Positions 1 to 11,614 are shown, counted from the first letter of the stretch. The stretch is 64,000 bases of DNA from Minutocellus sp. GHC0000111 (GCA_977018835.1 OZ361259.1:3658001-3722000), one strand, 5' to 3'. The notes: generated from the letters alone by a model not told the origin. Made by a program: numbers and translations.

Positions 1-1080
1 TACTTCTCCTTTTTTATTCTACCTGCCCGCTCTTGATCCCAATCCTTCAGCATATATGCTGGCCAGTATTCACCGTCGCATTCACCACCGTGAATAGAAT
101 TACCCGTGTCTTCCTCCCAACTCAAATCAAGATCATCCTTCTTCAAGGCCGGGCAAGGTAGTGTATCTTTAGTTGTCCCGAGAGAGGTATATCCCTCGTC
201 GTACAATTTGCAATACTTAAGATCGAACCTTTGTAAAAAAGCCCATACATGACTGTAATTCCAATCTGGCGTCAGAATGGGATTGACGCGCATGAACGGC
301 GGCATAAAGGAGGACGACGGGGCGAACGCGCCTTGGTTTCCGGCATTGGGATCGCCCGCCCTCGTACCAAGGACAAATGCAATCGGGAAGGGCCTACGCG
401 TATCAATACCTGTGCTAACGGCTCCAATGGTCTTGTCCACCCCAACAAAGTTGGTCTCCACTATAGATCGCAGTCCGTCCGGATATTTGATTCCCTCAAT
501 GCTGAGATCGTATTCCAACACCGTTTCGTGGAGCAAATCCAACACCTCTGGGAATTCATCCTCGTGCTCGAAGTATATGGTCTTGGGCTGACAGGCGCTG
601 CCCACCAATGTCGGATTGTCTCGGATGTAATTGGCATACGCGGCTCTCATCAGATGCAATATGACGCAGGCATCCTTTCCTCCGTTGTAACTGCCGACGA
701 CGGACTCAGGACCGTACAACCGGTATGCCTGATGGAGAATGTCCAGGGCCGACAATATCAGTTGCGGGAGGTTTTCATCACTGTCGCCATGAGCGCTGCA
801 GTAATCAATAAGCCGATCGTAAAGTTCGAGAGCGGATTGGTATGCCTCAGGAGACCAAGTGGATGCTTCGAGCGCTGCTGCGGCATCTTGTGGGTTACCT
901 CCATCTCTAGTAGCAGCAGTCTGATCAAAAGGCGAGATGATGGCGGCACCGTCGGGACGAGTAGGATTTGTTGTCGTCTCGACAATGGATTTTGTGCATA
1001 TGCGCCAGTTTCGCCGAGGCGGTAATGACGATGTCCCCGATTCATTTACAGAAGTTTGACTAATATCTGACAATCCCAGC

Positions 1081-1112
<32 letters not shown>

Positions 1113-1217
1113 GGATGTTGCCGCAAGTGATGATCGTTTGTTCTTGAGCGGATGGCGGAGATGCCGAATGCGCGTCATGTGATTGTCTGAATCCAACCGC
1201 GAGAAAGCATGCGCCAT
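1..1217 (-). CDS. FLAD1: FAD synthase (PAPS-reductase-like FMN adenylyltransferase), 3' end runs off the window
   Basis: Manual minus-strand translation from ATG 1217 is open to position 1 and is missing from the ORF track. Motifs: GSYNGGKDAC, IYFEHEDEFPEV, LGTRAGDP, PPFMRVNPIL..WNYSHVWAFL, YCKLYDEGYTSLG, PAYMLKDWDQERAGR. Confidence 0.9.
1081..1110. repeat. (GAT)10 microsatellite, read as poly-Ser in the FAD synthase N-terminal extension
   Basis: Direct observation. Confidence 0.95.
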
Positions 1218-1727
1218 AGTTAGTTGACCGCCAATGGCGGCAAGCACGCCGATTGTCAGAAGCAGGCGATTGACACTTCTACTTGTCCTGGGTCTCATCG
1301 TGTGAACAGGCGTGGTCAGTACTGGTATTGAGCCATTGTATTGGGATGTCAGTGTATCTGATCGATGGAAAATATACCGACCCGAGGTCATTCTCCTTGG
1401 TCTCCCGCCCATGGTCGATCCGAAATAGCTTCAGCAGCAAATTACTCTGTAGTCAGGCGCAGCACGTGACGAAAGGTGTCGGTGAGGAAAAATTTCCAGC
1501 ACGACACGTCGGCTCGTCGTATTTTTGTGCTGCTTGTGGCGCTGGAAAGGAAAGGATACGAAACGATACAACCGGCCAATAGTACAAAATACAAATGACG
1601 TAATTGATTATGCACGCTTGCCGACCACAGCCCTGGTTGGGAAGATACAGCGGACCACCTGGCGTTTGACCACGCACTTGCGTGATTTGAAGGAATCTGT
1701 TTGACTGAACGGGAAGCGAAGGCAGTG

Positions 1728-2528
1728 ATGAGTGCCCGTCATAGTAGCGGCTACCTACATCTGTATGAGTGCCATCGGCACGACTATCCCAAGACGCACT
1801 TTCCCGGTACCGAGGGGGGTGCACCGGTGGCGGTGGCGGCGGCGGCTCCGGCGGCCCCAACAGAAAGCATGGACCTCTTGTCGTTTGATGCGCCTGCCCC
1901 GGCACCAGCGGCGGCATCGGCAGCTGCTGCTCCGACTTGCGATGGAATGATGGATGCGGCGGCGACTGGAGCGCTTGTCCCCACGCAGCAGCCCCAACCA
2001 CCTACGTCGTATGCGAACGATCTTTTGACGTTTGGTGCGGCAGCCCCTGCCCCTGCGGCCCCAGCTCAAGCTGCTGCCCCAGCTCCAGCCGGTGGAAGTG
2101 GGCACGTTTCCTTCTCCTCTCTCACGCCAGGCGATGATATCAACAACCATGACTATGAGAAGCATCAGCACGGACAGTATCCGAAGGACCATTGGCCCGG
2201 CACCGGAAATGGCGCACCGCCGGCCAAGCCCATCGATCCGCACGTCGGCTTCCGAGCCAGCAGTGATGATGATCTCAATCGGCACGACTATGAGCAGCAC
2301 CAGCATGGGCTGTACCCCAAGACGCATTGGGTGGCTGGTGGCGACGCGGAAGCACAGGAGGATGCTACAGATGCAACAATGAGCGAGGCTCCGGCGGTGG
2401 CTGCGGTCAACCCGTTTGATCAATTTGCGTCGGCACCTCCTCCCGCCGGTGGACCTCCTGCTCCTCAGCAGCAACAACAACAGCAACCGCCCGCAGGTGG
2501 ATCAAATGATTTGCTCAATTTCCCTTGA
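1728..2528 (+). CDS. Low-complexity Ala/Pro-rich protein with three His-rich repeats plus DLLxF and NPF motifs
   Basis: ATG at 1728 is in frame with the 1701 ORF. Repeats HLYECHRHDYPKTHF, HDYEKHQHGQYPKDHW and HDYEQHQHGLYPKTHW; motifs DLLSFD, DLLTFG, DLLNFP and NPFDQF. Confidence 0.75.
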   Translation: MSARHSSGYLHLYECHRHDYPKTHFPGTEGGAPVAVAAAAPAAPTESMDLLSFDAPAPAPAAASAAAAPTCDGMMDAAATGALVPTQQPQPPTSYANDLLTFGAAAPAPAAPAQAAAPAPAGGSGHVSFSSLTPGDDINNHDYEKHQHGQYPKDHWPGTGNGAPPAKPIDPHVGFRASSDDDLNRHDYEQHQHGLYPKTHWVAGGDAEAQEDATDATMSEAPAVAAVNPFDQFASAPPPAGGPPAPQQQQQQQPPAGGSNDLLNFP

Positions 2529-2677
2529 GGCCATCTCTATAGAGCCATGCGTTAATCATATTTGTTAGTATCTCTTATTTAAGGACGTATGTGATACGTA
2601 TATGAATAGCGGATATCAAGAGTGTGCTAAAATGATTGTAGATCCATAAGTAAAGTCAATTACAAAATACTACATCA

Positions 2678-5600
2678 CTACTTTCGGCCCATGAGCCTTG
2701 CCAATACACCCTGGATTCCTCTGGGCGGTGACTGTGCTGGCACATTTTGTCTTTGTGTTCTGGGCGGTGACTCGGTAGCTCCCTTCTCTACAGCCTCGGT
2801 CTCGGCCACTCCCTCAGTTTTGTCCTCATCTCCGACCTCCGCGTCGTCCTGTGTATCGGCAGTCTCCTGCGGAGGAGTCGGTGCCAGTAGATCAGGACTC
2901 AGCGCGTCAGGATCTTGGCTCTGTGAGGAAGATTGCTGACTAGTAGCATTGCCACTGCTCGCCTGAGTTGGGGGCTGACTTGTGGCTTCACTGTCCTGCG
3001 TACCTCGGGCGGTGAGAGCCTGGGTCTCCGAGGCAGCAGCAGTTGCCGGGGACAAAGATTCACGTGCAGTGAACTGCTCTTGTGTCTCGGGAAGCTGTGA
3101 CTGAGTCGGCTGTAACTCTGCTTGTGTTGCAAATGAAAGAGCTATTTCTCTTTCGGACGGAGAAGGCTGTGTTGCGGGCAATTCTATCTGCATTTCTGAC
3201 TCCTGAGATTTTGCCTCAAATGGTTGAGGCTGCTGAGTCGCAAGGGGCTCCTGCTCCTCTTGTTGAGGTTGCTGAGTCGCAAGGGCTTCCTCCTCCTCCT
3301 CTCCCTTATCCTCATCATCCCCCTCTGCATTTCCGTCTTCAGCCTCGCCAGCAGTCTCTTGATTTTCCTTCCAGTGTGCTCGACACATGTTGTCGCATTT
3401 GGATTGTTTGAATTTAGCACAGCCATCAATGCGGCACAATCGCTTGTCCTTGCTATCTTTTGCATCTACCCCGGCATCTGCAGCAGGGCTACTTGAACCC
3501 TCCGCGCCAATATCTTTCGCGTCTATGTCCTGTGTCTTTTCAGAATCATCGACGCTGCCTTGACTCTCGCCCCGTGCAATCGGAGACTCGTCTTGCGTCT
3601 CGAGAGGTTGAGGTTGCTGAGTCGCGAGCATTTCCTCCTCGTCGTCCTCCTCCTCGCTTTCGTCGGAAGGGGGCTTTTGGCTACTGGAGGCTTCTTTCCA
3701 GTGAGCCCGACGCATGTCGTCACAATTAGCCTGTCTGAACTTCTTACATCCATCGATGCGGCACAAACGCTTGTCTTTCTTCTGTTGATCTGCAGGCGTA
3801 CCAGCCAGCTCGTTGCTAGTATCAGCATTCATCATGCTAGTATCAGCGCCTTCCTGAATACCCTCGCCAGTTTGCTTGGGGGCTTTCTCTCCCTCCAAGA
3901 TACCTGAATCCTCCTCGTTATTCTGCCCATCTTCGTCCTTTTGTTCCTCCTCTCCTGTATCAATGAGCATCGCTCTACCATCATTGTTGGTAGGAGCAGC
4001 TGGGGCTGTCGCCACTGCGCCTTCCATGGTATCACCGGTAGTAATACCAGAAGTTTCTCCTCTGCCTGGCTGCTCGATACTTTCGACCTGCTCTTCTTTC
4101 TTCTCACCAAAAGGCCTACCAGTACGAGCATTGATTCTCCCCTCGGCAATAAGGGATGCGCGAGTAGGGGTCAAAATCTTTCCGACAATCTCTTGCAACA
4201 TTGCTGGATCATTCACCAAATTGGCATACGTCTTGAACGTGCAGAGTTCAGGGTCGGCACCGCCCAAGGCAGGATCATTGACCACAACACATTTGGCAGC
4301 GATAGGATCGAAGACGACCGGATGACGAAACATGATCAATGCCTTGCAGAAGTTGGTCTCGTACTCGGCCCTCTCTTCTCGGGTCATCTTCTTCCCACTG
4401 TATCCATTGTTGTAGAGCAGGCGAAACAATTTGGAGAGCTTGGGTTCCGTATCTCCTGGTGTTGTCGTCGTTCTTTTGCCAACTGGGTTGTCGGCAGTAG
4501 CCTCGGATGAAGACATGCTGGGACCGTATCCATGAAAGGCCTCCTTCACGCACTTGCGGGCCGTGACGATGCCAATCCCTTTTAGATTCTTGCAATAGTC
4601 GCAACCAGCGGCTACAAACATGGTGGCAAGCATAACATCTGAGAAGTCCAGCAGACTGAGGGGGGAGGGAGTGCATCCCAAACGAGACCGCAGAAAGAGT
4701 TGACCGGTAACACCACCACTGATCACTCCACCACTCACTCCATGGTTCAGACCCCAATCGGAGAACTTGTACAGGATGGACGAGGCACCGCACGCCATGA
4801 GGTCGGTATCGTCCGTCACAATCATATCCACCAGTCCTTTCCGGGCCAGATAGCCCAGCTGGCCGTCGGCCTCGTACGGAGCGACGAGGTAGGGAATGCA
4901 TTCCGATTGCAGTGCCACCATTACCGCATGAACGATCTCGTACTGGATCTGCGATGTGGCAGCACCCGCCCGTTTGGCGGCGGATATGCGCTCTGTCTCA
5001 CTGGGGACCTGTTGCTTCTGCTGTTGCTCCTCATCTTGACCGACATCACCAGCAGCAGCAGCCACCGGAGCATCCCGCATTGCCACGGCGGCATCTCTCC
5101 TATCCCGCCGCTGTCCGACCGTGGCCTTCTTGATGGGAGGGCTGGCCCCATCCAACACGACCAGAACGTCGGCCAGGCACACATCGCGCAGGGTTAGGAC
5201 ACGCTTCATCACTGTGGTGACGCACCGCTGCTTGTACTCCTGCCGGAGGGCTTCGTCGTAGGCGTCCTGATCGGCCGCAGGAGCAGGAGCAGCGACACCA
5301 GAACCTTCTGGACCATTTGCTGTCTCTGCCGCCGCGGCGGCATTGCTCCCCTGCTCGACCGAGCCGGTCAACTCGGCCCTACCGTAGTTGGTCAGGGTGC
5401 GCTCGTCGAGGAGGTGGGTGCCCTGCCCGTGGGCCGCGCGGGCGATCCAGCCGGAGGCATCGACTGCCACCCGAACCCGGCGGCGGCGATTGGAGGCGGA
5501 GGCTTTGTGGGGAGTATTCTTCCCAATCCGACGCCTTTTGGTTGGTCCAGTCGCGTCGGCATCGGCAACAGCAGCATCGGAACTCCGCTTGCCGTTGGCA

Positions 5601-5761
5601 TTGGTTCCAGTCGCCGCACTTGTTTCGTCGTCGGCGTCGTTGAGGGGAGGAAGACCAACAACGTCGTCCGACGATACCGGAAGACCGGGACGGAGCAAAG
5701 CCACGACGTCGGCCTGGTGACATGCCGGGGAGATTTTGGGAAACAGACCGTTGATTCCCAT
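2678..5761 (-). CDS. EXO1: Exonuclease 1 (XPG/RAD2 family 5' nuclease) with a long acidic tail
   Basis: MGINGL start, VAVDASGW, VLDGASPPIK, APYEADGQL, TDDTDL, AGCDY..LKGIGIVTA (H2TH) and FRHPVVFDP. Confidence 0.85.
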   Translation of the reverse strand: MGINGLFPKISPACHQADVVALLRPGLPVSSDDVVGLPPLNDADDETSAATGTNANGKRSSDAAVADADATGPTKRRRIGKNTPHKASASNRRRRVRVAVDASGWIARAAHGQGTHLLDERTLTNYGRAELTGSVEQGSNAAAAAETANGPEGSGVAAPAPAADQDAYDEALRQEYKQRCVTTVMKRVLTLRDVCLADVLVVLDGASPPIKKATVGQRRDRRDAAVAMRDAPVAAAAGDVGQDEEQQQKQQVPSETERISAAKRAGAATSQIQYEIVHAVMVALQSECIPYLVAPYEADGQLGYLARKGLVDMIVTDDTDLMACGASSILYKFSDWGLNHGVSGGVISGGVTGQLFLRSRLGCTPSPLSLLDFSDVMLATMFVAAGCDYCKNLKGIGIVTARKCVKEAFHGYGPSMSSSEATADNPVGKRTTTTPGDTEPKLSKLFRLLYNNGYSGKKMTREERAEYETNFCKALIMFRHPVVFDPIAAKCVVVNDPALGGADPELCTFKTYANLVNDPAMLQEIVGKILTPTRASLIAEGRINARTGRPFGEKKEEQVESIEQPGRGETSGITTGDTMEGAVATAPAAPTNNDGRAMLIDTGEEEQKDEDGQNNEEDSGILEGEKAPKQTGEGIQEGADTSMMNADTSNELAGTPADQQKKDKRLCRIDGCKKFRQANCDDMRRAHWKEASSSQKPPSDESEEEDDEEEMLATQQPQPLETQDESPIARGESQGSVDDSEKTQDIDAKDIGAEGSSSPAADAGVDAKDSKDKRLCRIDGCAKFKQSKCDNMCRAHWKENQETAGEAEDGNAEGDDEDKGEEEEEALATQQPQQEEQEPLATQQPQPFEAKSQESEMQIELPATQPSPSEREIALSFATQAELQPTQSQLPETQEQFTARESLSPATAAASETQALTARGTQDSEATSQPPTQASSGNATSQQSSSQSQDPDALSPDLLAPTPPQETADTQDDAEVGDEDKTEGVAETEAVEKGATESPPRTQRQNVPAQSPPRGIQGVLARLMGRK

Positions 5762-6269
5762 GGTTCGTAGTTTTGTAACGTTGATCTGCACACGGTTCTT
5801 ATTGAAGGAGACAAAAGGCAGCGAAAGATACCGGAATGACAATAGACAGGTACCGAGTGTGCAGAGGAGTGCCCGTGGATGTTGCAATCTGCCCTACTTT
5901 GCAACAATAGCGGCGAGAGGGGGGGGGTATCTTGCGGTATCTCAAAACCAGCACATGTTGTGCTTTCCCGAAGGCGAGTTGGTTTCGATTGTCTGCAGGT
6001 CATTGGTCATTCTACGTTAAGCTCCTTAAACGAGAGAAAGAACGCGGCGTCGCGTCGATCAACAAGCAAGCAAGGATTTAGTTTCGGCATATCCTCCGCC
6101 CGGCTTCAAGCATTGGAGTGAGAGCGGGGCGCCAACGTTCCAAGGTAGTTGGTGCACCATTGCTGAATCCTTTCGTTGATTGTTGGTCAGCGAGTATTGG
6201 GATCTTTCCCCGAAACAACCTGCTTGTGGCTTTCTCTAATCGGAGCGCGGGCCCGCCATTTTCTGCAAG

Positions 6270-8061
6270 ATGGCAACCCGCAAGGCCGTCGCCCGGGCCG
6301 CCATCGATTCCATTAAAGCCCTTCATGTGCGCAGCACTTCCGTCCTCGGTGGACGTCCTGCTTGGGGAGTGGGCGGCGGAGCCGCGCCGCACGGCAGCAG
6401 GAGCAACGGTGCTCACCACCGTCGCGGCGGGAACAGTAGTAGCAATCGCATGCTGGCACCGCAGCAGCAGCCGAGCCGGATTAGCGGAGGGCGAGTTCGG
6501 GACAACCTTGTGGGACCATCGCGGGCCAGCCTCGTCCAGGGAGGTCGGCATCGGCCTTCGCCGCTGTCGCTTGTGCAGGGTGGAGAGAGCGCGCGGCCAA
6601 ACAACAACAGCCGACCAGCGGTGGCACCATCTCTGGTGCAGGGACGAACAACACAATCATCACAGCCGCCGTCACGCAAAAAGAACTTGGTCAATGGGAC
6701 AGCAGCAGCATCCTCGGCAGCCAAGCTTAATGGCGTTCCCATCCAATATCAACAACCACCGCAGCACCAAACATATCAGCAAAGTCGGGCCGAATTGGTC
6801 CGAGGGCGACGATCGACACTCGGTGGCGTCGTCACCTTGGCCAATGGGCAGAGGGTCAATGGAGCTCGTCCGGCCTACCTCTTGCGGAGAGAGGCTCAGC
6901 AGCAGCAACAACAACAACATCAACAACAAAGTCATAGCAGATACAAAGCGAGTAGTAGCGGCAGCAATAGTGTGAATGCCAATCCTGGCGGTGGCGCCGT
7001 CGTGACAGATTTATCGGCAGATGAGACGGATAGTAGCAGCAGCAGCAGCAGTAGCAGTGACGATGGGAGTAACCCTGGCAAATATGAGTCGGATTTGGTG
7101 GTCGTTCTAGATATGGACGAGTGTCTGATTCACAGCCAGTTCCTCAGTCAGCAAGCCAAGGCATTCTCTGCACCAGAATTGGACAGTAGCAGCAGCGGCG
7201 GCGACAACGATGGCGATGGGACAGTGGAGCAGGAAGACAAATATCGACAACCGGATCTGAGGCCGACCAAGTCCTCGGCATTTCACACGGACGGGGAGGA
7301 GGCTGAGTCCATCATTGCATCCAACTGCGAATACTTTCGCATCCATCTGCCCGACGGAGATTTGGTGCATGTGAACAAGAGACCGAATTTGGATTCCTTT
7401 TTGGCGGATGTGACGGCCCGCTTTGAGACGCATATTTTCACCGCCGCTTTGGACGTCTATGCCAACCCTCTGCTGGACCGGCTCGAAGTGGATTTGGGCA
7501 CCAAGTTTGCCGGACGATTTTACAGAGAGCACTGTGTCTTGGATCCTGATCTCGGAGTGTATGTCAAGGACTTGGGCTTGATACTGGATAAGGACCAGGA
7601 TTCGGCCGCTGATTGGAGCAGTGCATACGAAGAGGAAGAGATGAAGGAATGTGACGACGATTTTGCGAGCAGTGACTTTTCTTCCTCGTTCAATGAAGGG
7701 CGAGTTGTATTAGTGGACAATAATCCGCTATCGTTTTTGGCCAACCCATCCAATGGCATTCTGGTGTCGAACTTTGTGAGTAAAGTCACTTGTATATTTC
7801 GTGTGGTTTGTTTGGCATGCATGCATGTTGGAATCTGTTTGCATGGTTTTCGACCACCGACAAACTTAACCCCTTGCCTTTTTTGCCCTTTCTGTTTCGC
7901 AGTACGATGATCCAAAAGATGCAACATTGGAGGCCGTCATGGAACTCTTGCTGGAGCTGGATCAAGCCGAAGACGTGCGACCTGTCTTGGAATCCAAGTT
8001 TGGGTTGAAGGATGCGCTAAGAGATGTTGTTCGAAGCTCAAATTCCAATTCATGGAGGTAG
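6270..8061 (+). CDS. FCP1/SCP-like (NIF, HAD family) phosphatase; intron 7776-7902
   Basis: VVLDMDECLIHS (DxD), KRPNLDSFL, IFTAA, YVKDL, LVDNNP. Splicing GTGAGT..CAG gives SNF|YDDPKD...DVRPVL, with TAG at 8059-8061. Confidence 0.9.
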
Positions 8062-8373
8062 ATCTAGGCTGTGAAATGATACCTTATCGCGTGCTACGTG
8101 ATCACGACTGCCTGTGTGTATTATGTAATGTAGATCTAAAAGATTTGTATGAACAGTACCGAATGGTTGCATCATGCGAAGCAACGGTTGCATGGTTGTT
8201 TTAGAGATTGCGAAACGAGTCGAGTCCTAGAGTCGAGTGGATCCACCGGATGGCGGACAAACGCATAACATGTGTTGGCAACGCAATGAACGAACACAAA
8301 GCAAGCGGTAACGTATCTTGGAGCTCCACTTCGACTCAATTTGGAGCAGGAATTGGTTCATTGTATCGTTGAA

Positions 8374-9650
8374 ATGGATGAAACCACCATCTTGCTAGTT
8401 CCAGCCCCCGGTGCGAAGCCGGAATTTCTTGCAACGGTGGAACCAGCTGGCGCCGGTGCCTCTGGCGGAGACCTGCCGTTTGAGGTCGTCCTGTCCAGCT
8501 ACACCCGTGATGGCTGGGCCATGATGGCACCGCCGCCGACCGAACCCTGGAAAAACACTTGGCTCAAGAGTGTCGATGGACGTGGGAAGCTGCCCGGTTT
8601 TCTCAAGTATTTGCGAGAGAGGAAAAAAGTACCCATGGGCCGCTTTGAGCCAGCCGCGGCAGGTTCCACCGGAAAGGGCGTAATCGTAGTGCCATTCGAA
8701 CAGCCCCCTGCAGGTTTGCTCGGTGATGGATCAGATGCCTCGGTACATGATCTGATCTATTGTCGATACATTTTGGATGAAAGTCAAATCGGACGCGGAT
8801 ACCGCCGACCTGGTCCATCTCCTGAGGCCATCGCACAACAGCAAAAACAAAAGCAGATGGCACAAATGCAGCAACAGCAGCAGCAGCAGCAACAACAGCA
8901 ACTACAAGCAAAACAAAAGCGACATCCAGCGCTCCCAAACCAGCACCAAAATCATCAAGAGCCTCGAGCGGCATGCTTGGAAATCTCATGGCGGCTACTA
9001 AGCGAACAAACACCCAATTGGATGCCGTCCCGGTTAGAAAGACGGCCTCGGCTTCTACCAACGCTGGTGCAGGTCTAGGTGTCGGTGCAGGCGGAAGTGG
9101 GTTGACCGGCACCGGTGCAGTGATGGCCCAATTTCGTCAGGATGTGGAAAAAAAAATGCTCGACTTTCGCAACGATGCCACTCAAACCTGCCTCAAGGTG
9201 CCAATATCGATCGCGACGATCGTTCGCGATCTACCACCAGAACTGAAGCAGTCGGTGACCATGGATGTGCTGAAATATGTGGTGTACGAGCAGGCCGAGG
9301 AAGTGGGAGAAGATAAATGGGTGGCTGCCAAGGAGCCGAGTGAATTTATGGATGAATGTATCGTTGCTGTCTACAAAGAAGGCCACGCTCCCCAGGATGT
9401 GCTGGAAGATATGAACAAGGGTGAGCTACCCGATGAAATCTTGCAGCAGCAACGAGCCATGAGACAGGCTCGAGTAAAGGAAGTTGCACGGAAAGAGACC
9501 AAGGCCGATGCACAGCGTCACAAGGAGACGGTGGGCAGCGGTGCTCCAGATGATGAGGCTTGGACGCTCAATACACAGAAGAGAGATCGACGAACCATTG
9601 AAGAGATGCAAAAGGAGATGGAATCACAAAAGCGCCAAAGAACGAGCTAA
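8374..9650 (+). CDS. SPAG7-like protein with an extra N-terminal domain and poly-Q linker; apparent 1-nt frameshift near 8916
   Basis: The two ORFs join if one A is added in AAACAAAAGC. The C-half has FRQDVEKKMLDF, IVAVYKEGHAP and KRDRRTIEEMQKEM, resembling SPAG7 segments as I recall them. Confidence 0.6.
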
Positions 9651-9748
9651 AATAACTGACTTAATTTTATTTGCTGCGATTCTTGTCATCATTGTAAATA
9701 ATGTAACTAAACTACGTAGCTAACAGCATTAATAAGCTTCGTGCTCTT

Positions 9749-11207
9749 TTAAGGAATGGGCTCGCCGATGATGCCTTCGCCATACCAATCCTTGCCAACC
9801 CTAGCATTGGAGAAAAGCGGTAAGCGATTCTTCATATGAACAACATCGACGTCCCACATGATCTGCTCGGACAGTGGCTCCTTTGTCGTAAAGCACTTGA
9901 TCGACTCTTTGAGCTGATCCATTGAGGTATGTCCGACCAGGGTCGTCGTGGTGAGATTTCTCTGGCGACACCATCGCAAGCTCAGTTCGGTCAGCGACAT
10001 GTTATTGCGGCGGGCAATCTCGGCGTACTCCTCAATCGCTGCCCGAGCGGCATCGGTCCGATAGCGATAAAGAGTGCCGCCCCAACCGCGAGTGTCCATG
10101 CGACCTCGAGGCTTTTCCAAGCTCTTTGCCGCTCGCTGGCGATCTGGGTCATCCATTGCCGATGGAACGTCACGATACTTTCCAGTGAGCATACCTCCCG
10201 CAAGAGCATTATAGGCCATGAAGCCGACGTTTTCGTTGTAGGGTGAGGCAGCTTCTGCTACGCCATTTTCTTCGGACTTTCGGTCGAGCAATGAAAAATC
10301 TCCCTGCAGATTAACAGGCGGCGTGGTGCCAAGAAATTTGGCCGTTCGAGTACAAGCAGTCAAACCATACGCGTTGTCGTTGCACAAACCCCAGCCACGG
10401 ATCTTGCCTTCCTGGATCAAGCCCTCCATGGCCACACATAGATCCTCGAAGGACGTTGGTCCACCTGATAGACATCAATGTAATCGGTTCCCAATCGCTT
10501 CAAACTTCCCTCGCAGTCCTTCTTAATGTTTCGTGGGTTAACATTCCGTCCTCCTGTAATTTAGTGGCAATCACCACGTCTTCTCGTTTGACCGATCCCT
10601 TGCGCTCTTTGAGCCACTTGCCGATGCATTCCTCCGTCGATCCCTCGGGACTTCCAATGCCACTGGGGATAGGATACTGCTCGGCCGTGTCCAGCAGGTT
10701 CACGCCTGACTTGAGGATGGCTTCATCCATAAAGTCAAAACATAGCTTCTCATCTGGCGCGTTGTGATCGACAGAGACCCAGCGCTGTGTGCCCAAACCC
10801 AGCTCGGACACGACAATGTCTGACCCACCGAGTCGCCTACGCTTCATCCCATTAACGACCTTGACCACCTCGTTGGTCGGGCCCTTGGGTTTGAAGCTGC
10901 TTCCTGGGGCGGCGGGCGGTGTGGGCGGCACAGCGGCGTTGGCGGCACCACTGCTGCCATTGCCAAAGATGCCGCCGAACAACCCAGCTCCGAGGACGGT
11001 GCGACGGGAAGGCCCTTCTCCGTCGCTGACGTTGGCCAGCGATGTGCTGCGTGCTCGGTACGTGTGGGGAGCTGCTGCCGTTGGTACTCGTAGTTGGCTC
11101 GCCGGCGACTGGAAGGCAGTGGCATAGCTGATGATGCATGTAGTGGTGATCACAGCGGCCACCAGCCGAGACGCGACGGTAGCCTTAGCAGCAGGAGGAG
11201 TACTCAT
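9749..11207 (-). CDS. Plastid-targeted aldo-keto reductase (Tas-like), frameshifted near 10560 and with an internal deletion near 10465
   Basis: SYATAF presequence, LGLGTQ, DTAEQY, IATK, SLKRLGTDYIDVYQ, GKIRGWGLCN, AYNALAGGMLTGKY. The LHWP segment is absent. Confidence 0.8.
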
Positions 11208-11325
11208 GCTTGAGGGTAAAATATGGATGCGTTCAGCCAGCCGAGACGCGACGGTAGCCTTAGCAGCAGGATGAGTACTCATGCTTGAGGGTACACGTAA
11301 AATATGGATGCGGTCAGCCAGCCGG
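11162..11325. repeat. Tandem duplication (period 75-81 bp) spanning the AKR start codon
   Basis: CCAGCCGAGACGCGACGGTAGCCTTAGCAGCAGGA.GAGTACTCATGCTTGAGGGTA occurs at 11162 and 11237, with a partial third copy at 11318. Confidence 0.9.
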
Positions 11326-11590
11326 ACATGCGGCGTGCGTGACGTACGCACAGGAGATGGTACGTACCGGTAGGCCTTCGTGTACGTACGTACGTCAGAA
11401 TGCTTCACGGAAAAGTGCATGCAAAATGGCAGGCGAACAGGCGAATGAAAAGGCCAAGGAGATCGAATCTTTATCGTTATCGTTTATTGGTCTACGAATT
11501 CAAATACGTGTACCTTAGGTACAGGTCTGCCTCTATTTTGTTTTGATTTTTCCTGTTTTCTAGGTTGGTTGCACCGGCAGTCTTTTTTCT

Positions 11591-11614
11591 GGCTGGCTGG
11601 CTGGCTGGCTGGCT
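11591..11614. repeat. (GGCT)6 microsatellite
   Basis: Direct observation. Confidence 0.9.

Noticed and set aside
249..1025. 258-aa plus-strand ORF
   Set aside because: Antisense shadow of the FAD synthase gene, which carries the recognisable motifs.
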